A stretch of 64,000 nt of DNA from the human T2T-CHM13v2.0 reference genome, Homo sapiens: NCBI RefSeq assembly GCF_009914755.1, contig NC_060935.1; one strand, written 5' to 3'. Position 1 is the first letter of the stretch; the number at the start of each line of letters is the position of its first letter. The position numbers were made by a program, and so were the translations under genes. The notes below the pieces were generated by a model. That model was not told the origin of the DNA. It ran no database searches and was given only the letters and a program-made list of their open reading frames with translations. This document shows, in pieces, positions 25,838 to 40,104 of the stretch.

Positions 25838-26140
25838 AGCCGGGCAAGGTGGCTCACGCCTGTAATCCCACACTTTGGGAGGCCAAGTTGGGCAGATCAC
25901 CTGAGCTCAGGAGTTCGAGACCAGCCTGGCCAACATAGTGAAACCCCGTCTCTACTAAAAAAAAAATGCAAAAATTAGTCAGGCATGGTGGCGGTCACCT
26001 GTAATCCCAGCCACTCAGGAGGCTGAGGCTGGTGAATTGCTTGAAGCCAGGAGGCAGGGGTTGCAGTGAGTTGAGATCATGCCACTACACTCAAGCCTGG
26101 GTGACAAAAGCAAAACTCCATCTCAAAAAAAAAAAAAAAA
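25838..26140 (+). mobile_element. Alu (AluS-like)
   Basis: Full Alu, A tail, TSD-like AAGAACTGATAA on both sides. Confidence 0.92.
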
Positions 26141-27159
26141 GATAAAACGAAGAACTGATAACACTATAGACTAAAGAACTGATAATACTACATAGACATA
26201 ATGAATATGAGTAAAACCAACTAATCACTAATTCCATTTTGTTTCATTACCACACAAACACATGTACATACACACACACACAAGCTGTGTATTTCATGCT
26301 ACTTATGTTTCATATCTAGGCTAATAAACTTTCTCTATCACCTGCCATTTGTTTTAATCCAGAACATTTTCATCTGATGAGTAAACACATTCTAAACAAA
26401 TAGCAGTACGTAGACCCTTTATTTCAAAGGAAACTTGCTCCTGTACCTGGCATTTTTTCTCTTTTTTTAAACAAAATATAGTATTTTACATATTTTGACA
26501 AATAATGTATCACTTAATTTTTTATATTTTAAAAGTGAATGAACAAATATATAAATTTGAATTAGAAACATGGCTAGAGTGTAGAAACCTGATTCGTAGT
26601 TTATAAGAGGTTGATTTGTTCTTTTGGATAAATGCTTAACATGGAGGAGATAAAAAGACTTTCACAAAAGTCCACTATTGGGATAAATGGCCTATTGGTG
26701 TTTATTTAATTGTAAATGTTGGCGTTGTATTTAACTATTTAAATAATTAGTGTTGTATTTAATTATATAAAAAAGAACTCAAAATAGATATAATTCAAAA
26801 TTTGACTCAAAACATTATCATCGACCAATATCTAGGGTGACCATACAATTTATTATCTAAACCTGGGCATTTCTGAGAGTAAAGGTTCATTCTTTAAATA
26901 AGTAAATGAATATAATTTTTGAAAAATCCATTTATCAAACAACAACTTATTTTTACTACGTTGAAATTTACTATTCTCTTTAAAAAGTATTTTCCAAAAT
27001 ATTTGGATGAAAAAATATGTATACTGTGTATTTATACATATATATACAAAATAGAACATAACAAACATCAAAATGAATTGATTACCTCAATGTTTAAAAT
27101 AAGTAAAATGTTGTTCTAATTATCATTCTTATTATTAAAAATAGGTTCAATGAGACTGA

Positions 27160-30100
27160 CATTCCTAAGATGGCAGAGTAAAAGTTTCCAATCCTCATGT
27201 ACCCACAAAAATAGCAATTTTAACAATGACCTGTGGACAAGAATACCTTTGTAGAAGGCTCAGATTCTGGCTAATAGGTTCCAGTAGCCCAGTAATACAA
27301 AATACCTGAAAGTGAACTCATTGCAGGGAGTGAGAATAGCAGTTTCACTTTTCCTGCATCACCCCTACCCCAAAGTAGCACAACTTGGTACCAAGAGAGG
27401 TCAGCTAGTCCCTCCACTCTGCCAGTCTACAGTTTTCTCCCACAGAGGAAACTGAAAGCAAAGTCAACGCCCAAATTCCCGAACCTTTTAGGATGCTGCC
27501 CAGAGGGCCCACCTCTGTCTCACTCCACTCAGAACACTGATGGCACTGACATGACCGAATTATCTGGGAGTATCTTGTAGCAAGGAAAAGAAGTGAGAGT
27601 GCATAGCCACTGGCTCTTGGTTATCAACAGCCAGCCATTGATCTGCTAATCAGCTCATGAACTCCACAAAGGAGCCTAACAATAAACCCCAACTTGTCTG
27701 CAGAATCCCTGCCAAGCAACATGCACCCCACACTTCCCTACTCATGGATGAGACTTTGCATGTCTCTGCGCATTGATGTCATGGACTCCCGCAGATAGCA
27801 CATAAGCACAACAGCAGGTGTGGATTATAGCAGCGAGTTTGATTTTGCTAGTGTAGAAGAAAGCGCCCCTGGAGAAAACATTTGGGAGATGTCAGCACAA
27901 GGACTTGTTTTCCATGATCTATAGAAAACACTCAATTCTGAGACATTCTGCATAAGAGGGAACAAAAGGAGGAGAGTATTAACATCCCTAAAAACGACTG
28001 GAAAAACCCTCGGTATCTTTAGCTAGTTTCACTGGGGAAAGCCTTCCCAAAGCCGCTTAGTAAAAATAGGAGAAATTGGCTCTTCTTCATAAGTGAAAAC
28101 AGCATAACAAGGCATCAAAAACACACAGAGTCAAAGAAATATGATAATTCCAACGGAACAAAATAAAGCTCCCATGGCTTACCCCCTCAAAAATAGATAT
28201 CTATGAGATGTCTGAAAAAAATCCAAAATAATCAAAGAATAATCAAGGAAACTCAATGAGCTATAAGAGCACGCAGACAACTAAATAAAATAATAATAAT
28301 AATAAAAACGTAGCCAGGAGTGGTGGTGCACACCTGTAGTCCCAGTTATTCGGAAGGCTGAGACAGGAGAATCACTTGAACCCACGAGGCAGAGGTTGCC
28401 AGAGGATTGCACCACTGCACTCCAGCCTGGGTGATAGCATGAGACTCCATCTCAAAAAAAAAAAAAAAAAAAAAAGATACAGAAACCATGAAAAATGAAG
28501 CAAAAATAAATCCTGGAGCTATTGAGTATGATGGCTGAAGTAAAGAAAAAAAATTACAATAGAGAGCTTTAATAGCAGACTTAATCAATCAGGTAAAGAA
28601 TCAGTAAACTTAGAGACAGATAATTTGATTGCCCATTTAGAGGAACAAAAGAGAAAATGTATAAAAAAAAAGAGAGGAAATACTTCAGGATGTATGGGAC
28701 ACCATCAAACAAGCCAATATACATATTATGGGAATCTCAGAAGGAACAGAGAGAGAAAGAGATAAAAGTATAAAGATCATTTGAAGAAGTAACACAAAAC
28801 TTTCCAAAACCAAAGAAATGAACATACAGATCTATGTAGCTCAAAAATCTCCAAATAGATTGAGGGCATGACAAAAAAATTATAGGTCAATATTCCTGTT
28901 GAACATAGTTGTGAAATCCTCAACAAAATACTAACAAACTGATTCAATAGCAAACTGAAAGGTTTATAAACCTTGATCAAGTGGGATTTATCCCTGAGAT
29001 GCAAGGATGGTTTAACATAAACAAATCTATCAATGTAATACACCATATTAACAGAATGACTGAGAAAAATCATATAGTAAACTCAATAATCATAAAAATA
29101 TATTTAACAAAATTCAATGCCTTTTTGTAATAAAAGCTGTCAACAAATTAGATATAAAAGGAATATATCTTACCATTATAAAGGTCATATGTAATAAGCC
29201 CACAACAAACATTATACAATAATGAAAACCTGTAAGGTTTTCCTCTATGATGAGGAGCAAGATAAGGATACCTACTCTCACCACTTCTATTCAACATAGT
29301 ATTGGACGTCCTAGCCAGAATAATTAGAAAATAAAAAAAGAAATAAAAGGCATTCAAATTCAAGAAAGAAAATAAATTTTTATGCACCCTTGACATAATC
29401 TTATATATTGAAAACACTAAAGACTCTACCAAAATCTTAAAACTAATAAATACAGTAAAGTTGTAAGATACAAAATCAACCTACAAAAATTGGTAGCATC
29501 TTTCTACATGAAAACAAATTACCCTAAAAAGAAATCAAGAAAACAATCCCACTTATAATAGCCTCAAAAAGAATAAAATACTTAGGTATATATTTGACCA
29601 AGCAGATGAAAAATATGTGCACTTAAAGTTATAAAATATTGATTAAAAAATATACTAGACCCCCGAAAATGGAAAGATATCGATGTGGTGGAAGAATTGA
29701 CAATAGCTAAATTGTACATTATAAAATATTGATTAAAATATTGATTTTAATTTTATAAAATATTATTTTAAAATTATAAAATATTGATTAAAAAATATAC
29801 TAGACCCCCCAAAATGGAAAGATATCTGATGTGGTGGAAGAATTGATAATAGCTAAATTGTACATACTACTCAAAGTGACTTACAGATTCAATGCAATCT
29901 CCATCATAATTCAAATAGCATTTTTTACAGAAATAAAAAAATCATAAAATTAATTTGAAACCCTCTACTCTCTCTCAAACAAAAGCAAATAGTCAAAGCA
30001 ATGTTGAGCAAGAGCAAAGCTGGAGGTATCACACATCCTTATCTCAGGAATTTTAGGATTTTTAAAAAATTTCTGTGTTAAATACTGTTGGAATTACGAT

Positions 30101-31785
30101 AGGGATTGCATTGAATCTGTAGATCACTTGGGTATTGTGGACATTTTAACAATTGTCAATTCTTCCAATACACTGGATAGCTTCCCATTTATTTGGGGCT
30201 TTTTTCTTTTGTTCCTCTGAATGGGTAATCAAAACAGTATAGTTCTGGCACAAAAGTATACACATAGACCAATGGAACAGAATAAAGTGATCAGAACCAA
30301 ACCTACACATATATAGCCAACTATTTTTCAACAATGGTTTGACGCACACACAACTTGGAAAGGATAGTGTTTTCAATATGTGGTCCTGGGAAAACTGTAT
30401 ATCCGCATGCAAAATGATAAAAATCAACCCTTATATTTAATCATGCACAAAAATAAACTCAAAATGGATTAAAGACATAAATATAGGTTTTAAATGATTA
30501 AAACTCATAGAAGAAAACATAGGGAAAATGCTCCTTTATATTTGTCTTTGCAGTAATAGTTTGTTAATGACACCAAAAGCAAGCACAAACAACAAAAGCA
30601 AAAATAAACAAGTGGAATTACAGCAAACCAAAAACTTTCTTCCCAGCAAAGGAAACAATCAACATAGTAAAATGCAACAAGTGGAATGTGAAACAATATT
30701 TTCAAACCTTTTATTCATTAAGGAGCATATGTCCAAAATATACACGGATTTTGTACAAGAAAATAGCAAAAATACAAATAACCTAATTTTTTAAATGGGC
30801 AAAAAAACTTGAATAAACGTTTATCAAAAGAAAACATAGAAAAGGCTACTTGATATACGAAAAGGTACTCAACATCACTAATCATCAGATAAATGCATAT
30901 CAAAACCATAATGAATATTACCTGACATCTGTTAGGTTGGCTATTAAAAAACAGTTTTGGTGGCGATGATGTGAAGAAAAGGTAATCCTCTGACACATTG
31001 TGTGGGAAAGTAAATTGGTATAGCCATCATGGAAAACAGTATGGAGATTAATAGAACTACAATTTGATCCAGCAATCCCATTTTGGGTTATATATCCAAG
31101 GGAATTGAATCAGGATCTTGAAGAGATATGTGCACTTTTATGTTCATTGCAGCATTATTCACACAAGACATGGAAAAACACAAATGCTTATCAATTGAGA
31201 AATGAACAAAGAAGAGGTATTATATACATACAATGGAATATTATTCAACCTTGAAAGAAAATAAGATTCTTCCATTTACAACAAGATGAATGGACCTGAA
31301 GGAGAGTATGCTAAGACACAAAAAGAGAAATACTATATAATCTCACTTACATGAAGAATCTAAAATAGTCAAACTCATAGAAGCAGAGAGTAGAATGGTG
31401 ATTGTCAGGGTTTGTTGGAGAGGGTGGTGGACAGAAGAGTGATCATTAAATATATTATACAAATGTTCATGTATTCAAGATTAAGTAAATTTAGTAGATT
31501 TACTATACAATATAGTGCCTATAGCTAACGACAGGGTACTGTATACTTAACCTACACGTTAAAAAGAGGATAGATCTTACCTTAAAGGTTCTTACCACAA
31601 ATAAGTTCTAAAATATAATAATGATACTAATAAAGGGGTTTGAGGAAATGTTGGGAGGTGATGGCCTTGATGGAAGTGATGGTTTCTTGGGCGTATGCTT
31701 ATCTTGAAACTCATCATGATGTATATATTAAATATGTATATATTTTTTATATGTCAACCATACCTCCAAATATGGGTTTAAAATA
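27160..31785 (+). mobile_element. Old L1 (L1MA/L1MB-like) with 5' UTR, partial ORF1, internal deletion, ORF2 3' half and 3' UTR
   Basis: AAGATGGC 5' start, ORF1-like GGGACACCATCAA, jump near 28870 to ATCCTCAACAAAATACTA (RT), L1M 3' UTR; approximate ends. Confidence 0.75.
28308..28475 (+). mobile_element. Alu right monomer (5'-truncated)
   Basis: TAGCCAGG..TGTAGTCCCAG..GAGACTCCATCTC plus poly-A. Confidence 0.85.
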
Positions 31786-32959
31786 TGGTTATTACTTCTC
31801 CATTCTTATTATTTTTAATCTTTCTCCTCTAGTACTGAATCACAAGAATTTTTCTCAAGAATATTTTTCAGTTTCTATTAGTTAATTTTTTAATTTGCTT
31901 CAAAATATTATGGTTTACAGTTAACAAATTTGAAGTGCTTGACACTGAATTGCCTCTTCTTTTTGGAAAATAATATTTTGACTTGAAGCAATACTTTATC
32001 CTCAGATACTGTGGTTTTTGCTATACTCATAACCAAAATGCGAATATAGAATGTATTTATTCCATTTTATTTTCATTGTAGATATACACACATATTATAC
32101 ACACACATATATGATTATACACACATATATAGTGGTAAATGCCTTCAGCTACCACTATTATGTGAACTGGAATAAATTGTAGCATCCAGTTACAATATTA
32201 TTTTGGCTTGGCTTACTGATATGTTCTACTGATGAAGCAGAAGGAGAAGGTTGTGTGTGTGTGTGGGGGGGGGGTGTACATCTGTGTGTGTATGATTTCC
32301 AGTATTTCTTAAAAAGGGAGATGTCAAGATTCTTCATCCCTTTATTCTTCTCGTCTGTATTGTATTTTATTTTCAGTCAAGTATTGAAGTATCAGTTCAA
32401 AAGCCATATTTAACCATGAGGTGGCTTCCAGGCTAGCAGTTCACGATAGTAAAAAGAAATGTACTCATTGATACTGTTGAGCTATTATACCAACCCTTGA
32501 TTGTCTATTACCTATGAGAAAGAAATGAAATTTTGTTGTGTTTATTTTGGAGTTTCTTAATACAAATAGCCAAACAATTTTCATTTACATATGGGTACAC
32601 ATTCAATCAATAAATACATAAATTTCTTTCTTAAATAAAATAATGTTAAATTAACAAAGCAAGCATACACAAAGGAATAAAATGCTATCAAAGAGAAGGG
32701 AAGTAGATCTTTTGTTTCAAACTTTCATAAAAATTTTAATATTGGAAAGAACAGCAGTAGCAGAAAGGAACAGAGACATTGATGTCAGATTGGCAAATAA
32801 TAATCAGTCTTATTCCAATAGCTGGACATATTTGAAAAAGCCAAGTACAATCTCAGCTGCCAGATCTACCAGGTTCAGTCTACTGCACAGAATGGTAACT
32901 ATAATAAATATATTTAAAATGAAGAAAAATAAATAAAAACAGGAAAAATTAAAATAAAT

Positions 32960-34250
32960 CTATTTAAAAGTAAAAGAACAGTTTTACAGGAGCAAGAATG
33001 ATAATTACAACAAATTTCTTACCTGAAAATATGCCAGCAAAAAGACAGTGGAGTAAAATGTTTAACGATGAAGAAAAAATTACAATATGAATTTGTAATT
33101 CTATGTTCAATGAAATTATCCTTTGAAGTAAAAGAGAATAAACTTATTATCAGACTAAGACTAAAGGGAGTTATTGGTAGCTGACCTCATATGCAGAAAT
33201 GTTAAAAGATTTTCTTCAGAAAAAAGGAAAGGAAAGTTATATAGGTCAAAACCTGTATCTACATAAAGAAAGGAAGCCTGTTAAAGAGACAAAATACTAT
33301 CTTTTAATTTTCTTATTTTCTTTAACTGCTATAAAATGTAACTGTTTTCTTAAAGCAATAATTATAGTAACAATGTATTTGGTGCTTACAGCATATGGAG
33401 AAATGAAAAAGAAATGTCACAGAGATTGGAGAGAGGAATTATAAATCCCCTCTCTAAGTAGCCTCTCTCTGAAAGCTACCTACACTACGTGGGAAATAGA
33501 ATACTATTAATGGTGGTGAACTTAGAGTAATTAAAAATGCATATTGTAAACTTAAGGCAATTACCAATAAAAAGAGAAGAAAATAATTATGTTGATATAA
33601 TAAGAAATAAAAATGAAATCATGTAAAATGCTCAAATAAAAATAGTGAATGCAGATAATGGAGCCTCTGACAAACATGCAAACATGGGTGATATCAATTC
33701 AAATATTTCAATAATTATTTTATATATGAATGATCTAAATACACTAATTAAAAGACAGAAATTGACAAAGTGGATAAAAAACAAATTTCCACGTACTATC
33801 TACAACTCGACATATTGTCTACAGGAAACCCAATTACATATGAGGCCACTGAGAGGTTAAAGTTAAAAGGATAAAGACAAGTATGCCACGCTAACATTAA
33901 TCAAAAGAAAGTTGTAGTAGCTATAATAATTCCAGACAAAGTGGATTTCAGAAGAAAAAATATTAGGACCAAAGAGGAGTACCATATCATGCTAAACGGA
34001 ATAATTCCCCAAGAAGAAAGAATATTAAATGTCTATGTACCTTACTACAGAATGTCAAAACAATATATGGCAAAAACTGATAGAACAAAAAGGAAACATT
34101 AGTGTGAACTCATGTGAACTTAATATAGATACATATGTTACACATAGAAATATGTATATTTATGTGGATACATACAGGTTATTGTATACACATAGATCTC
34201 CTTGCTCTGTAACTGAGAAGGCCTAGGAGGAACAAGCACACCCAACATAT
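32960..34250 (+). mobile_element. Ancient L1M fragments (ORF1 end, ORF2 start, L1MC/MD-type 3' UTR); continues at ~40105-41180
   Basis: LNTLIKRQKLTKWIK..YCLQETQL endonuclease-like peptide; 3' UTR motifs resume after the nested L1. Confidence 0.6.
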
Positions 34251-37200
34251 ACACACACACACACAGAATTATTTTAATTTATAATGAATTCTCAGGTGGT
34301 AAATAGGCCGATTTTTACATGGATATATAGCATGATGCTAAGGTTTGGAATAGGCATCCTATCACCCAGGTAGTGAGCATAGTACCCAATAGGTACTTTT
34401 TAAACCATTTCCCTCTCCCTACTTTCCTTCTCTAGTAGTCCTTATTGTCTACTGTCCCCATCTTTATTTTCATTTGTACTCAAATGTTTAGCTCCCACTT
34501 ATAAGTGAGAACAAGTGATGTTTGGTTTTCTCTTCCTGTGTTAATTTGCGAGGAATAATGGTCTCTAGCTGCATCTATATTGCTGCAAAGGACATTATTT
34601 TCTTCTTTTTCATGGCTGCATAGCATTCCATGCTATATATATACCACAGTTTATTTATCCAGTCCACCATTGACAGGCAATTTGATTGATTCCCTGCCAT
34701 TGCTATTGTGAATAGTATTGCAATGAACATAGACGTGCATGTGTCTTTTTGGTAAAACAATTTATTTTCCTTTGGGTATATACTGAGTAATGGGATTGCT
34801 GTGTTGAATGATAGCTCGGTTTTAATTATTTGAAAAACCCCAAAACTGCTTTGCATAGTGGTTGAAATAATTTACATTTCCAGCAGCAGTGCATAAGTGT
34901 TCTCTTTTTTTTCCCAAAGCCTCACCAGCATCTGTTATTAATTTATTTATTTTTACCTTTTACTATTAGCCATTTAACTGGTGTGAGATGTTATCTCATT
35001 GTGGTTTTGATTTGCATTTCTCTGATAATTAATTATTATGACCACTTTTTATATGTTTTTGGCCAATTGTATGTCTTTTTTGAAAAGTGTCTTTGCCCAT
35101 TTTTTAAACGGGGTTATTTACTTTTTGCTTGTTAATTTAAGTTCCTTATAGATTCTAAATATCAGACCATTTTTGTATGCATAGATTGCAAATATTTTCT
35201 CCCATTCTGTAGATTGTCTGTTTACTTCTTCTTTGATAGTTTCTCTTGCTGTCAGAGGCTCTTTAATTTAATTAGGTCCTACTTATCAATTTTTGTAGTT
35301 GTTGCAATTGTTTTGGGGACTTGGCCAAAAATTCTTTGCCAAGGCCAGTATTGAAAATAATATTTCCTAGGTTTTCTTCTAGGATTGTTACAATTTGAAG
35401 TATTACATTTACATCTTTAATCCATACTGAGTTAAATTTAATGTATGGTAAAAGATATAGGTCTAGTTTCATTCTTCTGCATATAGATAGCTAGTTATCC
35501 CAGCATCATTACTGAATAAGAAGTCATTTCCTCATTGCTTGTTTTTGTTGGCTTTGTCAAAGATCAGATAGCTGTACATATTAGACATTATTTCTGGATT
35601 CTCTATTCTGGAATATTGGTTTAAGTATCTGTTTTTGTACCTGTACCATGCAGTTTTGCTTATTGTAGCCAAATAGTATATAGTTTGAAATCAGGCAGTG
35701 TTATGCCTCCAGCTTTGTTCTTTTTGTTTAGGATGGCTTTGGCTATTCAAGCTGTTGTTTTGTTTCCTATGAATTTTAGAATAGTTTTTTTCTCATTCTG
35801 TGAAAAATGATATTGGTAGTTTAATAGGAATAGCATTGAATCTGTAAAGTGCTTTGGGCAGTATGGCCATTTTAAGGATATTAATTCTTCCAATTCAAGA
35901 GCCTGAAATTTTTTTTCATTCATTTGTATTGTCTCTGATTTTTTAAGCAGTGTGTTTTAGTTCTTCTTGTAGAGATCTTTCACCTCCCTGGTTAGCTGTA
36001 TTTCTAAAATATTTCATTTTTGTGGCTATTATAAATGGGATTGTGCTTTAATTTTGACTCAGTTTGAATGTTATTGCTATATATAAATACTACTGATTTT
36101 TGTACATTATTTTGTATTCTTAATACTTTGCTTGGATGTTTGCATTTCAGTTTTGTTCAATTCTTTTCTAATTGTACTTATTTATATTTCTTTTCTTCTA
36201 TTAGCCTTGCAGTGGTTTGTTTTCTTTTTCTAGTTTCTCTGGGTGCAATTTCTTAATTGGAGATCTTTCTAATTTCTTGATGAAGGTGTTTAACACTATA
36301 CACTTTTCTTTTAATACTGCTTTACCTACAACCCAAAGATTTTGGTAAGTTGTGTTTGTATTTTCATTCATTTAAAACAGTTTTTGATTTTTGTCCTAAT
36401 TTCAATGTTCAATCAGGATTTATTCAGAAGCCAGTTCTTTCATTTCCATGTATTCATGTAATTTTGAGAGATTTTCTTGATAATGATTTATATTTTTAAT
36501 TAGAGTTTGCTTGGTATGATTTCAGTTCTTTTAATGTATTGAGATTTGCTTTGTAACTGGGCATGTGGTCAATCTTAGAATATGTTCCATGTACACATGA
36601 GAATATATATTCTGTGATTGTTGGGTATTCTGTAGATGTCTATCAGGTCCACTTGGTTAAGTGTTGAGTTTATGTCTAGCATTTCTTTTTTAGTGTTCTG
36701 CCTCAATAATCTGTCTAACACTGTTAGTGGGTATTGAAACCTCTCCCTAATATTGTGGGACTGTTTGTTTTTGTAAGTCACGAGGGACTTGTTTAATGAA
36801 TATGAGTGCTCCAGTGTTGGGTGTATATTTATTCAGGATAGTTAAATCTTCTTGTTGAGTTGGACTCTTTTTCATTATGTAGTGCCCTTCTTTTTCCTTC
36901 TTAATTGTTGGTGGTTTAAAGTCTGTTTTATCTGATATAATATTGAATCCTCCTCTTTTTTTCTTTTTTGTTTACATGGTAAATCTTTCCCCATCCATTT
37001 ACTTTGATCCTGTGGGTCTCGTTAAATATGAGATGGGTCTCTTGAAAACAGAAGATGGTTGGGTCTTACTTGTTTTTTACTCACTTTGCCACTCTATTCC
37101 TTTTAGGTGGGGTGTTTAGACCATTTACATTTAGGATTAGTATTAATAAGTGAGAATTTGATTTTGTTATCATGTTGTTAGCTGGTGGTTTAGTAGACCT

Positions 37201-37625
37201 AATTGTGTATTTTCATAGTATCTTTGGGTTATGTGTTTATGCTTTTGTGATAGCAGGTGTTGTTCTTTTGTTTCTAGGTTTAGCACTCCCTTAAGGACCT
37301 CTTGTAAGGCTGGTCTAGTTGTAACAAATTTCCTCAGCATTTGCTTGTCCAAAAAGGATTTTATTTCTTCTTTTCTTATGAAGCCTAATTTAACAGGATA
37401 TGCAATTCTTAGTTAGATTTTCTTTTCTTTATAGACACTGAAAATACCTTCCCAGCCTCTTCTGGCTTGGAAGCTTTCTCCTGGGAGGTCCACTGCAATC
37501 CTGATGGCATTCCCTTCTTAAGTGAGCTGACTTTTTCTCTAGCTGCTTTATGATTTGATTCTTTCACATTGACTTTAGTGAATCTGATAACTGCATAGTT
37601 ATTCATCTCCTTGGGGAGATACAGT

Positions 37626-37642
37626 ACATGTATGTATATATA

Positions 37643-37680
<38 letters not shown>

Positions 37681-37773
37681 GCGTGTGTGTATATATATAT
37701 AGTATGTGTGTGTATATATATAGTGTGTGTATATATATATATATATATACATACATGCGGTGTGTATATATAT

Positions 37774-37817
<44 letters not shown>
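37626..37817. repeat. Compound (TA)n/(TG)n microsatellite inside L1 ORF1
   Basis: Alternating TA and TG tracts seen directly. Confidence 0.95.
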
Positions 37818-38526
37818 GTATCTTGCCAGGGTTCCCTTTATTTCTTGAATTGCATGTTAACCTCTCTAGCAAGATTGGGGAATTTTTTTATGGACTATAT
37901 ACTCAAATATGTTTCCAAGTTGCTTACTCTCTCCTCTCTCAGAAATGCCAGAAAGTCATATGTTTGGTCTCTTTACTTAATCCCATATTTATCTGAGGTT
38001 TTGCTAATTTTATACAACTATTTTTTTCTTTATTTTTATCTGAGCTGATTTTTCTTTATTTTTGTCTGAGTTGATTTAAAGAACCGAATTCTTGAGCTTG
38101 AAGATTTTTTTCCTTAGCTTATCTATTCTGCTGTTAATACTTTCAATTGTATTATAAAATTATTGCAGTGAATTTTTCAGTTCCAGAAGTTTAGTTTGAC
38201 TCTTTCTTAAAATGTGCATTTCATCTTTCAGCTCTTGGATCATTTTACTGAATTCCTTGGATATCTTGGACTGGGTTTCAACATTTTTTGGAATCAATGA
38301 GCTTTCTTGCCATCCAGATTCTGACTTCTATATCTGTCATTTCAGTTTGGTTAAGAACCATTGCTAGAGAGTTAGTGGGCTTGTTTGGAGGTAATGGGTT
38401 GCAATGGCTTTTTGCATTGCCAGAGATCTTTCACAAATTCTTTCTCATCAGAGAGGATTAGCGTTCCTTTAACTGTGTTGTAACTTGACTATCATAATTT
38501 GGCTTCATTTTTTGGTTGCTTTTTGA

Positions 38527-38889
<363 letters not shown>

Positions 38890-40104
38890 TCATTGGTATT
38901 TAATTGGCAGAATGTTTTTGGTGTTGCAATTATCCACGGCAATCCAGTGGACAGTGCTTAAGAGTAATCGCTGACACATAGGTTTGTACTCGACCATGCT
39001 GTACTCAATCATTTTGTACTTCCACACATTCACAGCTGTAATCTGCGGGTGTGAATTAAGAGATTGTCTTCCACTAGTTTGCTCCTGGGCCTTGGGAGAG
39101 CTTCTCTGATCACTGGCGCTATGACTGTATTTCTTTTTCATGTGTTCCTGGCTGCAGGGCCCCTTTGAGCACAGGACTTGGTTGGGAGATAGGTCACACT
39201 CTTCCCGGGCCAGCCCTGTGAAGGGAGGTATGCCACACTCCAACACCAGCCCACAAATTTATGCATCTCACCATTCTCAGTATTCTAAGAATGGAGGTTT
39301 CTCTTCAACTTGAGTGCCAGCTGAAGAACTCTGCTCAGTACTCCCAAGACACACATTGCAGCCCTGGGGTGCCAGGTCCAGCCGGCAGCTCTGTCCTCTG
39401 GAACCTCAGGACTAGTCACTGGCTGTGCTAGAGGATCTGAAGTACTTCCAGGCCACTGAGAAAATATTCAGCTGGAGGTGATGGCAAAGTACCCAGGCTG
39501 GACAACAGAGGCTGCACTATGTGCTTGCTCCTATGGGGCAGCTAGGCAAGAGCCCTGGGAAGGGTTGGAGGGAAGGAAGGCCTATAGAACAGACATATCC
39601 TAGTCCCAGGAGAAGCCAAACCTGCCCTCACTTGGCCCAGTGGCCAGCTGAGGCTAGAGATACTCAGAGAGAGATAGACAGCCTTGGAAGATGTGCACTT
39701 ATGGCTACATTCCACCGCAGCTGCCCTCTGTGCAAAGACCCTGGGTTTCATGCATGCTGGAACCTTATCTATGTCTACTCTCTGGACAGATCCCTCTGCC
39801 ACTCCAAAGATCTGAGGGAGTGTGGAATCTCTTGTTACTTGGATCCCAAAGGTCTGCAGTGAGAGTAGGCTGTCCCTTTGTCCCCTCATTCACTCTTTCC
39901 CTAGGAACCATTCCAGGCCTAGAACTAGCTCTAGTATTTGGCAATCCCATGCAGGTTTCCCAGCTTCTTCCCACTTCAGCTTCATTGTCTATGTCACCTA
40001 TCAATTCTTGGTATTTTCTCACCAGCGAGCTGCTCAAAGTATGTTGGTCTCTCTTGGTGAGGGTGGCACTTCCTGGCTGTGTCTAGTCAGTCTTTTTGTC
40101 CCCT

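Noticed and set aside
37409-38048. ORFs rich in YI/HT/CV repeats
   Set aside because: Translation artefacts of the microsatellite.
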